This document shows positions 26,894 to 35,132 of a stretch of 40,023 bases of DNA, piece by piece. Within the stretch, counting starts at the first letter, position 1. Each line of letters opens with the position of its first letter. The DNA is from a virus. Taxonomy: Duplodnaviria > Caudoviricetes. The notes below the pieces were generated by a model, which searched no databases, was not told where the DNA came from, and saw only the letters and a program-made list of their open reading frames with translations. Position numbers and translations under genes: made by a program. The stretch is from IMG/VR virus record IMGVR_UViG_3300028586_000771, positions 1-40,023 of that record; one strand, given 5' to 3'.

Positions 26894-27535
26894 ATGAGAA
26901 ATAACATGGAATATTATAGGGTTATGCAGAACCTTTGCATGTACATAGGTCCAATATTTACAATTCTTGCAATAGTGTGTGGATTAGGCTATAATCACTA
27001 TGGCAGCAAAATTAAATCTTTAGAAAAAGTTGAAAACATAGAATATGCAAAACCGAAAGATACTGTGAAGAAAACGTATAAAAAGGTCAAAACTGCTGTT
27101 AAACAGGGCAATAACAATAGTAATAAAGTTATTGGCAATAATAATCAGGTAAAAAATAACGAATATAAAAACGTCGATAACTCAGTTGGTAAATCTGGAA
27201 ATAATGTCTCAGGAGATAATAACATTGTCAACCAATCGACAACTAATAATTATAGTAATGCTAAGGCTGACCGTCATGTTACTAATGATGATCTTAAACT
27301 TTTGTCTACTATCCCATTAGATTACACAGTAAAATTAACTATCGAGGGACAAGAGCCTGAAACATATCAATTCGCTAATGAGGTAAATGCATTTTTAAAC
27401 TTAAAGGGCTACAAGATTATTGTTGATCAACCAGGCCAGATGGTAGGTGTAATGAGGAAACGCATGGTGTTTACATTACAACCCCAAGATAAAGTCGCTT
27501 ACATTACTATATTAGAGTGGTACAATTTTGACTAA
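26894..27535 (+). CDS. Membrane-anchored protein with Asn-rich low-complexity linker
   Basis: One TM, GNNN-type repeats, C-terminal globular domain; TATCTTTG at 26867-26874; exact start uncertain. Confidence 0.7.
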   Translation: MRNNMEYYRVMQNLCMYIGPIFTILAIVCGLGYNHYGSKIKSLEKVENIEYAKPKDTVKKTYKKVKTAVKQGNNNSNKVIGNNNQVKNNEYKNVDNSVGKSGNNVSGDNNIVNQSTTNNYSNAKADRHVTNDDLKLLSTIPLDYTVKLTIEGQEPETYQFANEVNAFLNLKGYKIIVDQPGQMVGVMRKRMVFTLQPQDKVAYITILEWYNFD

Positions 27536-27580
27536 AACCACTCGTCATTGTCTCAAGGAAAAACCGTATAGTGGGTATAT

Positions 27581-27612
27581 AAAAAAGGCGAGCAGATCTG
27601 CTCGCCTTTTTT
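27581..27612. terminator. Perfect 32-bp palindrome, bidirectional terminator
   Basis: AAAAAAGGCGAGCAGA|TCTGCTCGCCTTTTTT. Confidence 0.8.
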
Positions 27613-27782
27613 TATACAATTTCCTCAACTATGGCACGCAAATTATTAGGCAGTGCGGTATTTTCTTTCCATACAGCTAAACCAATGGCACGGGCTGTAA
27701 TTCATGCATCTTCTATTTTCTACGATGAGTTTATGACGCCAAATACTTTTATCAAGACTTGCCAACATTTTTAGATAGTATT

Positions 27783-28712
27783 TTAAGTGTCGTCATCACT
27801 CGAGAAAATAAGTAAACTGTTTAACATCAAAATCCCAAAAGTTGTAAGACTTATTACACCTTGGTCATTTTTTAGAATTGTCAAATCTATCAACTTGTTT
27901 ATTATTTCAATGTTAAACTGAGAAACTGAGACTTTAAAATTTAATACCTTATAGAGCATTTGTAAATCAGTAGGGCCATTGTCTCGAAGTGATGAAAGTA
28001 TTTTGATTACATCCTTGATTTGTAAATTCGTCGCGTTTCTTATCAGTTGACCAACAACAAACTTTGACTCGTTATAACTTTGTGTATTATTCTCAACTGT
28101 TTGTCTATATCTTGATATTTGTCCTAAATAGTTCGTAGATTTTTCTTTTAATTCACCATAATCAACCTGCAAATTATCCATTTGTTCATTTAACACTTTA
28201 ATTTGTTCTTCACGTTGAAGAATTGCATTATCATAATTTGCAACAATTTTTTCATGAGAGTCAGTACTATCATCAATTAATTTTTGCATCTCGTCAATAC
28301 GTTCGGTGATTTGCTGTTGAGTCTTCGTGCCATTTTTTTCCTGCGCAATATCAAATTCTTTCTTTGCTTTTTCTATGTCGTGATCTAACTCCTCTAATTC
28401 CCTGTCACGCTTAAATCTCCTTCTTAATTTGTTTATGGTTTTAATAGAAAACTCTAATATTAGCATAATAAGTGGTGCTAACAGAAAATAAAATATTGAC
28501 TTAAGCAATGGTGCCCACAGCCTTTTGTAATCGGGGTCTGCAAAATTTTCATTAATATAAACTACACGTTCTTCAATATTTTTTTTAGAAAGAAAAAATA
28601 CTGATAGGACATCCCAATTGTATATGATCAATATTATTCCATAGAGGGTTGCTATTGGATATTTGAGCCTCTCCCTCACCAGCTTTATAAACTCGTTTGC
28701 AGTGTTTTCCAT
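27783..28712 (-). CDS. Two-TM, coiled-coil hypothetical protein
   Basis: ERLKYP…YNW TM1, TM2, long coiled coil, possible winged-helix end; TATATTTG at 28728-28735. Confidence 0.75.
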   Translation of the reverse strand: MENTANEFIKLVRERLKYPIATLYGIILIIYNWDVLSVFFLSKKNIEERVVYINENFADPDYKRLWAPLLKSIFYFLLAPLIMLILEFSIKTINKLRRRFKRDRELEELDHDIEKAKKEFDIAQEKNGTKTQQQITERIDEMQKLIDDSTDSHEKIVANYDNAILQREEQIKVLNEQMDNLQVDYGELKEKSTNYLGQISRYRQTVENNTQSYNESKFVVGQLIRNATNLQIKDVIKILSSLRDNGPTDLQMLYKVLNFKVSVSQFNIEIINKLIDLTILKNDQGVISLTTFGILMLNSLLIFSSDDDT

Positions 28713-28814
28713 CTTGAAAATTTAAAACAAATATACTCTTAAATAAATCTTAAAATACCTACTAATGGGTATTTTTTGATAGAGAATTATAAGTAAATTA
28801 GTAAAAAAAAAACC

Positions 28815-29606
28815 ATGGCTCAAATACCCCCTTTTTTTTTAAACACTGTTGCAGCTATCAGTAGATCCGAAAATGGCTCTATATTTTGGATTGGAACAGG
28901 TTTTTTATATGGTGCACCAGTTGGTGACGATAATTATCGGGCATGTCTTGTTACCAATAAGCATGTCTTATATGGATTAAAGACTGTTAACTTGCGATTT
29001 AATCCGGAAGATGGCTTGCCAGCAGTAGACTTTGATTTGACCCTCATCGATAACGACGGCAAAGTTTTGTGGGAGGGACATCCATCGCCGGAAATTGATG
29101 TTGCAGTTATTTCGGTAAATATCAATTTTTTAAAAGAACAGGGTATGTCATGTAATTTCTTTGAAGGAGATAAACATGCATGGACGATTGAACAAATGAA
29201 ATCTGAGGGTTGTGCCGAGGGAGACTTCGTTTATGCTTTGGGCTTCCCAATGGGTTTAGTATCAGATAGAAAATATGTGATTGTGAGGGGTGGCATAATT
29301 TCAAGAATTACAGATCTTTTAGAATACAGAAGCAAAGAGTTTATAATTGATGCACCGGTTTTCCCAGGTAATAGTGGAGGCCCTGTTATAATTAAACCCG
29401 ATCACAATTCCATAGAAGGAACTAATGCAATTCGAAGCTCAAGACTAATAGGTATCGTAAAATCTTACATTCCTTACATGGACACAGCAGTAAGCCAGCA
29501 AACTGGACGTCCCAGGATTATCTTTGAGGAAAACTCTGGACTTACTTTGATTGAACCAGTTGACCATATAAATGAAACAATTGCTATTTTACATTCAAAG
29601 TTGTAA
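28815..29606 (+). CDS. Trypsin-like (S1) serine protease, no signal peptide
   Basis: GTGF, LVTNKHV (His), IDVAVI (Asp), FPGNSGGPV (Ser). Confidence 0.9.
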   Translation: MAQIPPFFLNTVAAISRSENGSIFWIGTGFLYGAPVGDDNYRACLVTNKHVLYGLKTVNLRFNPEDGLPAVDFDLTLIDNDGKVLWEGHPSPEIDVAVISVNINFLKEQGMSCNFFEGDKHAWTIEQMKSEGCAEGDFVYALGFPMGLVSDRKYVIVRGGIISRITDLLEYRSKEFIIDAPVFPGNSGGPVIIKPDHNSIEGTNAIRSSRLIGIVKSYIPYMDTAVSQQTGRPRIIFEENSGLTLIEPVDHINETIAILHSKL

Positions 29607-29648
29607 TATTAAAGTCATCTTCTCACGATAACTCTGAGAACGGTCGTC

Positions 29649-29678
29649 AAAAAAGCCACTCTATAGAGTGGCTTTTTT
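29649..29678. terminator. Bidirectional intrinsic terminator
   Basis: AAAAAAGCCACTC-TATA-GAGTGGCTTTTTT between convergent genes. Confidence 0.85.
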
Positions 29679-29704
29679 GTATGAAAAGGTGTTGTGTTTT
29701 CCAT

Positions 29705-30337
29705 TTATTTTTTATCGCGCTGCTCAATACCGTCTCGTTTGTCCGCCGGAAGCGAGCTATAGATACTATTGACTTGATTAGGCATGGCTATCATATATTG
29801 AACTATAATATTTAATAATTCAAATAATTGCCCAACAGTTTCAGGATCATCTACGGCTATTTGTCCTGGGTGAACTGCATCATTACCTGTTACCCTCACG
29901 ATATCCAAAGACTGTTGAACAATAGGCGGCAGTCCTTTAGCAACTAAGCTTTTAATATCCGTATTAATATTCTTACCTTCCTCGCCAAGATCAACACATA
30001 AGATTTGTATTGACAGCCTGAGTAAGGCGGCAGCGCCCCGAGGCGACTTTGAACTTATTGCAGAAGCTTCTAAATATAATTTTAAAACATCTGGTGGCAT
30101 GTCAGCGTTAGGAGGCGGGGCATTGCTTGTATCTGGGTAATAAAGTACATCGTTGATCCATACGGTTGATTGCAGGCAATTATCACATTTTCCAACTCTT
30201 ATCGGGTGATCACTTCTGTTTATATTAATATTAAAAGTATTTTCAAAATTCCGTAACCACCAGTTCTGTTTTGCAATGGCATTACAATACGGGCAAGTAA
30301 ATAAATTTGCAAGCACTTTGGGTTTGATATATGTCAT
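29705..30337 (-). CDS. DUF4145 (HEPN-like) domain protein with N-terminal Zn ribbon
   Basis: CPYC…CDNC; YLEA…SPRGAAALLRL…LDIVRVTGNDAVH. Confidence 0.85.
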   Translation of the reverse strand: MTYIKPKVLANLFTCPYCNAIAKQNWWLRNFENTFNININRSDHPIRVGKCDNCLQSTVWINDVLYYPDTSNAPPPNADMPPDVLKLYLEASAISSKSPRGAAALLRLSIQILCVDLGEEGKNINTDIKSLVAKGLPPIVQQSLDIVRVTGNDAVHPGQIAVDDPETVGQLFELLNIIVQYMIAMPNQVNSIYSSLPADKRDGIEQRDKK

Positions 30338-30435
30338 TCTTAAGGTTTATTAATTAAAATAAATTTAAGTAATTTATTAAGATATTTTAAACTAAAATTA
30401 AGAATTAAATATAGTTTAAAACTTTTTTGGATTTA

Positions 30436-30978
30436 TCACTTTACAGATTTATTAGCGGCAAGATCTTGCAGCGTGTTGTTAAATACCCTGCCTTTAAAAT
30501 TGTCGGGGCGTTCGTCCTCAAAGCGGCGACCATTTAAATAAGTCGAAAGGTTTAGCTGTTGTACTTTTGGGTTAAATTTGAGCCATTGCAGGTACTTTGG
30601 CACATCCTGAAAGCAAAGTATAACCTCGTCTTCTTTTAACTTCTTAAAAGCCTTTATTGCGTCTTGCTTAGCCTGTTTGTTATTAAACAAAGACCACAAG
30701 GCATCAAAGCTGATATCGGCGGGGCGGATGGTTATATCAAACTTGGAAAGAATATCGGAGTTGTTTAACCAACGCTTTATAAAGCTATCCTCGTTTGATG
30801 GGAACCTCGCCGCCTGCTGCCCCTCAGGTACGGCGAAAAGCCAAATGCTTTGCCGTTCGTTAAATTCGCCGTAAGACACTTCCCAACCTCTTATGAAGCC
30901 GTTTAAATCATATTTAAACAGGAATATAAGACCGATTGTTTTGCCTTGCACACGGTAGGTTGTTAGTTGCTCTGTCAT
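30436..30978 (-). CDS. Hypothetical early-region protein
   Basis: 180 aa; FDALW…KQDAIKAFKKL…STYLNGRRFEDE resembles phage replication-protein C-termini. Confidence 0.7.
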   Translation of the reverse strand: MTEQLTTYRVQGKTIGLIFLFKYDLNGFIRGWEVSYGEFNERQSIWLFAVPEGQQAARFPSNEDSFIKRWLNNSDILSKFDITIRPADISFDALWSLFNNKQAKQDAIKAFKKLKEDEVILCFQDVPKYLQWLKFNPKVQQLNLSTYLNGRRFEDERPDNFKGRVFNNTLQDLAANKSVK

Positions 30979-31307
30979 AATTTCGGGTCTAATTCTAAAA
31001 AGATATTTTGAGCGAGTGTTCGTATATAATTATCGCTGTTATTATCCTTATCGCTCATTACAAAATACTGTACGCTGTGTGCCTCGTGATATTTAAAAGT
31101 TATTTTATAAGATTTCTTTGGAGTGCCGCGGTTTAATATTCGTACCTTACTATGCAATTTGTCGGCTACGTCCTGAGCTATTGTAAAGGCAGCCTTGGAA
31201 CGCCGATCTAATACAGGAAATCTTCGCTTATTTTGTTCGCAGAAAGCGTCAAAGCGCATACCTAAATAAGCAAGCTGCGGGGCTGTTAGCTTAAGTTCTA
31301 TTTTCAT
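30975..31307 (-). CDS. Hypothetical protein
   Basis: 110 aa, overlapping both neighbours. Confidence 0.7.
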   Translation of the reverse strand: MKIELKLTAPQLAYLGMRFDAFCEQNKRRFPVLDRRSKAAFTIAQDVADKLHSKVRILNRGTPKKSYKITFKYHEAHSVQYFVMSDKDNNSDNYIRTLAQNIFLELDPKL

Positions 31308-31471
31308 CTACAATCTGTTATTGGTTCTTGGAGTTGTTTGCCGCAATCGTAGCAGGTTAATGCGGTGGTTTCGCAGGTGGCTTCAACACTTATTTCGCGT
31401 AAGTAAGTATTGTTGTGGGGGCAGGTTGCCGGTCGCGCGGTGTCTGAGGCTGGAAATATATTAGCGGTCAT
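31304..31471 (-). CDS. Small Cys-rich (Zn-binding-like) protein, 55 aa (not in ORF track)
   Basis: MTANIFPASDTARPATCPHNN…TCYDCGKQLQEPITDCR; ATGA overlap with the next gene. Confidence 0.6.
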   Translation of the reverse strand: MTANIFPASDTARPATCPHNNTYLREISVEATCETTALTCYDCGKQLQEPITDCR

Positions 31472-31565
31472 GTTTATTACGGTAATGAATTTTACAAATA
31501 AAAAAACCAGTGGCTAAGCCAATCATACAGGCCAGTATCATTCCGAGTATTGCGGCTTCTAACAT
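31461..31565 (-). CDS. 34-aa single-TM peptide (not in ORF track)
   Basis: MLEAAILGMILACMIGLATGFFICKIHYRNKHDR overlaps both neighbours. Confidence 0.45.
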   Translation of the reverse strand: MLEAAILGMILACMIGLATGFFICKIHYRNKHDR

Positions 31566-31996
31566 AATTTAGGGGGTTTAGAATTTTGTTTAAGGCTCAT
31601 TTTTTCGAGGGCGGCAATTACTTTGCTAAGCTCGTCGCCTGTCATTTTCATAAGGGGCTTACGTACCGGGCATTTAGCTGAGAGCATCCATTCGTTAAGC
31701 TTATCAAGGTCGGCAATGCGACCAAACTTGCCCGACCGTACAAACCAACCGTATGTAATGCACACAGAAAGCAAATACTTATGGCGTGTGTTCTTACTAT
31801 CGAACTTGGCATAAAACAGGGGCTTATGTGCCTTGCATTTATTTTGTACCAGTATTTTATTAGCCTGGTCGAAAGTGAGGTCTTTACAGCTTATCTTGGT
31901 AACGTCTTCGGTTGCCCACTGTACCCATTCTTCTTTTATATCACGCGTTGGTGTGATGGAATGAATTATTTTAATTTGGTCGGCTGTTGCTTGCAT
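31559..31996 (-). CDS. GemA/Mu gp16-like protein (tentative)
   Basis: QIKIIH…SCKDLTFDQA…KPLMKMTGDELSKVIAALEKM; position in the early operon. Confidence 0.55.
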   Translation of the reverse strand: MQATADQIKIIHSITPTRDIKEEWVQWATEDVTKISCKDLTFDQANKILVQNKCKAHKPLFYAKFDSKNTRHKYLLSVCITYGWFVRSGKFGRIADLDKLNEWMLSAKCPVRKPLMKMTGDELSKVIAALEKMSLKQNSKPPKLC

Positions 31997-32181
31997 AGGT
32001 TGTATCTATAAAGGGTCATTTCGGTTTCTATAATTCCATTTTCTTGTAGTTGAGCTATTAGCCTATTTCCTCTACTATAACCAACCCTAAATTTTAATTG
32101 CAGATCGGCGGCTCTCACAGCGTCTAAAGCTTTTACATATTTCTCTACATCGTCATAGAGCATATCTTTTAAATCTTCCAT
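31966..32181 (-). CDS. Stand-alone FtsK gamma (winged-helix) domain protein
   Basis: LQLKFRVGYSRGNRLIAQLQENGII matches the LQRxLRIGYNRAARLIxxLExxGIV signature. Confidence 0.75.
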   Translation of the reverse strand: MEDLKDMLYDDVEKYVKALDAVRAADLQLKFRVGYSRGNRLIAQLQENGIIETEMTLYRYNLCKQQPTKLK

Positions 32182-32197
32182 CTTAGTTTAAATTTTG

Positions 32198-32246
32198 CGC
32201 CCTGAACGGGGGTCGAACCCGCTTTTAAATTCCGCTAATTCAGGGC
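32198..32246 (-). ncRNA. tRNA-like mini-element lacking an anticodon arm
   Basis: GCCCTGA/TCAGGGC acceptor stem, GCGGG-TTCGACC-CCCGT T-arm, 17-nt linker containing AGCGG; intergenic. Confidence 0.6.
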
Positions 32247-32292
32247 AACCACCTGCAACAAAAAGCCCCCTATGCAGGATTTTCAACGTGTT

Positions 32293-33039
32293 TTACTTTT
32301 CCTCGTCTAATAAAAATGACAGGTCAAAGTCTGTAGGAAATGGCGCGGCAGAAAGTGAAAGCGGTAAGTTTACTTCTATGCCCACACCGTTTTTATATTT
32401 CGCCTGTATAAACCAGGTTGAGCGCGTGGGGTTATAGGCATCTTCTATAATCTTTACACCTTCAAGCAAATTAGGGTCGCTGTAATCGTTAGTCATTTGC
32501 CTAAGCTCCAAAATCCTTTTTGGGTCAAGGTCGCCCGTTTTGGTAGGTCGCAGAAGGCGTGTGATCTGATTGATTAACTTAGCCGTTTGGGCATCGGTGG
32601 CAAGCGAGTTAATAAACTCCTTAACCTTGGCCACGCCTAAAAAGGCAGTATCGTCATAGCCCCGGTTTACATTGTAGCCTATGGTAATGCTGTCGCCATT
32701 ATCGGCTGTAAACGTGTGCGACATTTGGTCTGACTTAATACCGTATGCTTCAAACTTTAATTTTATAAGTGTTTTCAGGCTGCTGTATATGTCGGCTTTT
32801 ATCTCAGCGCCTATTTGAGAGTAGATTAAAAGCTTTTGAAAAAGCGTTGGTACTACCTCGTTAGAAAGGCTTTTATAGGCAACCTTATTACCCTCCTTAA
32901 GGGCTGTCCTGCGTTGTAGTTCTGCTGCTAACTCTCTTTCAGTAAGTTTAGAAAGGTCTACTACTGGCGATGTTGTTGGTGCCGGTGTTCCAACTATTTC
33001 TGCGGCTGTTACTGTAATGTCTTCTGTTGCTGTGCTCAT
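32293..33039 (-). CDS. DUF3164 family / Gam-like protein
   Basis: QMSHTFT…ITIGY…GVAKVKEFI…GDLDPKRILEL…LPLS; ATG at 33039. Confidence 0.75.
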   Translation of the reverse strand: MSTATEDITVTAAEIVGTPAPTTSPVVDLSKLTERELAAELQRRTALKEGNKVAYKSLSNEVVPTLFQKLLIYSQIGAEIKADIYSSLKTLIKLKFEAYGIKSDQMSHTFTADNGDSITIGYNVNRGYDDTAFLGVAKVKEFINSLATDAQTAKLINQITRLLRPTKTGDLDPKRILELRQMTNDYSDPNLLEGVKIIEDAYNPTRSTWFIQAKYKNGVGIEVNLPLSLSAAPFPTDFDLSFLLDEEK

Positions 33040-33040
33040 G

Positions 33041-33181
33041 TTATGGGTTTTCAAGATTATTTAATTGTAATTGCAGGGCTTTTTTGTCGTTTTCTACAAG
33101 GTGCCTATCCTTGTGCGTGGGGTGTTTTAGTAGCCAGTAATCGAGGTTCTCAATCTTATCTTTAATTTGCTGTATGGTCAT
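33041..33181 (-). CDS. Small hypothetical protein, 46 aa (not in ORF track)
   Basis: MTIQQIKDKIENLDYWLLKHPTH…NLENP fills the operon gap. Confidence 0.55.
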   Translation of the reverse strand: MTIQQIKDKIENLDYWLLKHPTHKDRHLVENDKKALQLQLNNLENP

Positions 33182-33539
33182 GCGGGTCGTTTATTATGGT
33201 TAGCTTTTTAGCGGCTTCAAACAGGCTTTTAGGATAGCTTTTGTAGATATCTATCATTAGGGTAGAATAAATCTCGCGGGCTTTCTCAATCTTAATTGTG
33301 CCGTATGTAGGAGCGAGGGTTTGATAAGCCTGATACTCCAATTCTTCATGCCAGTTATTATACCAGTTGCTTACTGCCGTATTAGCCAAAAGCATTTGCA
33401 GGGGTATTCCAAATTCGTGGGCATATTTGGTAGCCCATCGAATGTAAAGGCTTACATAAGCATCCCAATAATCGTCGTTGGTTTGGTTCAAAAATTTTGC
33501 TATTGATGTTGTAGTATTCATGGTGTAGTTTTTAGTCAT
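33162..33539 (-). CDS. Hypothetical protein
   Basis: 125-aa ORF in the early operon. Confidence 0.7.
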   Translation of the reverse strand: MTKNYTMNTTTSIAKFLNQTNDDYWDAYVSLYIRWATKYAHEFGIPLQMLLANTAVSNWYNNWHEELEYQAYQTLAPTYGTIKIEKAREIYSTLMIDIYKSYPKSLFEAAKKLTIINDPHDHTAN

Positions 33540-34185
33540 TGTCTTTACTGGTAGTGCCTCTTAATTTTTCGTATCCTTCTTGCCAAATAATGTATAAACC
33601 TCCATTTGGCCCGATTGTCCGTCCTTTGCATGATGCGAGGTAACCGTTGCAGAAAATCTTTTGTTTGGCATCAAACATGAAAGATTTTTCTATTTCTGCA
33701 CGTGGGTTTCCTCCCTGAGCATGCCCCGATATCACTATTATTTTGCGGCGGTATTTACGCTTAAACTCTAAATACTGATCAAAGCTTTTAAAGAAGTATA
33801 TGCCTGAGTCTATAAACAGTACCTCGGTATTGTTGCCCCGCCTGTCTAAGTAGGAGCACATTTGTTCATAGCTGTAGGAGGCTGCTTTGTATCGTTCTTT
33901 AACATCGCCCATCCCTACGGTCTCATTTCTCTCTATAAAATCGCTATCGTCGGTTTCCTCTTCAAGCAAGTTGTAAAACACATACAAGCCACAAAGGGCA
34001 AAGGCTTTAGCCAATTGCATTAAAAAGTATGATTTGCCCGAACCTGAGCCGCCCCATATAAACCATACACCTTTATTTTGCGGCTGTCTGAATGCCTGAA
34101 AGAATGCGCCGGTAAAAGCGACCCTTACAATTTTTTGAGCCTGTATATTAGCTGCGGTTAAAGCCTTTTTAAGGATTAAACTCAT
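33532..34185 (-). CDS. Second P-loop ATPase (RecA/KaiC-like)
   Basis: GGSGSGKS Walker A, LFIDS Walker B, IVISGH. Confidence 0.8.
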   Translation of the reverse strand: MSLILKKALTAANIQAQKIVRVAFTGAFFQAFRQPQNKGVWFIWGGSGSGKSYFLMQLAKAFALCGLYVFYNLLEEETDDSDFIERNETVGMGDVKERYKAASYSYEQMCSYLDRRGNNTEVLFIDSGIYFFKSFDQYLEFKRKYRRKIIVISGHAQGGNPRAEIEKSFMFDAKQKIFCNGYLASCKGRTIGPNGGLYIIWQEGYEKLRGTTSKDND

Positions 34186-35132
34186 GCGGCTTGTACATCT
34201 GGAATGCCCAATACTTTTTTAACCAATTGAACCGTTAAAGGTTCGCTCGTACGGTCGGCCTCACGTAAGGCGGGTACAAGCGCATCGTGCAGCTCGCCAT
34301 AATTGTCACACATGGTTTGCAGAAATTTTGATACATCTTTTGGTAAGTCCAGCGTAAATTGAGAATAAGAACGGTCTATAAGTGGCAGCACACGGATACC
34401 AAATTTTATACGCCTCCAAAACTGTGGTATACCGGGCTTATCTCTTTTTCTAAGTTTTTCAATATTTTGTAGTAGTTGGGGGGTGCCAACTAATACTAAA
34501 GCGCAAAACCCGTTTAGTCCGTCATGTAGCTCTTTGGTGGCACATAGCGTGGGTTGCTTCATATATTCGGCCTCGTCGAATATTAATTGCGGATTGTAGC
34601 CCTGATTTTTAAGGCCTCGCATGTGCCTTGCTATATCCCTAAGCTTTGCGCTTTTAGTGCGGGATGCAGTTATTTTTAAGACATCAATAATTTTGTCTAT
34701 AAGGTCGCCCAGGTTATCAGAGCTACCCACGGTAACAATAAAAGTATCGTGCGGGTTTCGGGCTGCAAATCTTGAAGCTGTAAAGCTTTTGCCGCATCCG
34801 GTTTCGCCAATAATCAGGGCGGTAGAACCTACGGCCTTTGCATCCTGTAGGTTGGCAAGTGTAGCCTCAAACTGGTCGGTTGGCTGTACCTGCCAGTATT
34901 CTTTTACAACAGAGTAGCCTACAAACTGGGCGAGGTTGTAAAAATGGGCATCAGGAATGGCACCCTTTTTTGAGCCTGCCGAATACATAAACGAGCTGCC
35001 CTCAGTAAGTATTAAACTTAGATAAGCCTTGTTTACGTTAGATTTTTTTGCCACATCTGATTGAGACATGCCGTGCAGTTCCATATAATTTTTAACTGCT
35101 GTTACTATGTTTTGCTTTACTGTAGTTTCCAT
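34182..35132 (-). CDS. MuB-like transposition AAA+ ATPase with N-terminal HTH
   Basis: MSQSDVAKKSNVNKAYLS HTH, GETGCGKS, LIFDEAE, LVGT, PQFWRR; follows the transposase. Confidence 0.88.
   Translation of the reverse strand: METTVKQNIVTAVKNYMELHGMSQSDVAKKSNVNKAYLSLILTEGSSFMYSAGSKKGAIPDAHFYNLAQFVGYSVVKEYWQVQPTDQFEATLANLQDAKAVGSTALIIGETGCGKSFTASRFAARNPHDTFIVTVGSSDNLGDLIDKIIDVLKITASRTKSAKLRDIARHMRGLKNQGYNPQLIFDEAEYMKQPTLCATKELHDGLNGFCALVLVGTPQLLQNIEKLRKRDKPGIPQFWRRIKFGIRVLPLIDRSYSQFTLDLPKDVSKFLQTMCDNYGELHDALVPALREADRTSEPLTVQLVKKVLGIPDVQAA

Noticed and set aside
27105-27260. AAT-rich repeats resembling an array
   Set aside because: Asn-rich coding low complexity; no constant repeat/spacer structure and no cas genes, so not CRISPR.
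27614-27705. - strand fragment ITARAIGLAVWKENTALPNNLRAIVEEIV*
   Set aside because: Looks like the 3' remnant of a displaced gene, but has no start codon and is too short to assign.
32195-32437. + strand 80-aa ORF; also a full tRNA gene or integrase att site
   Set aside because: The ORF is antisense to DUF3164 and the RNA element. The element lacks an anticodon arm, and there is no integrase.
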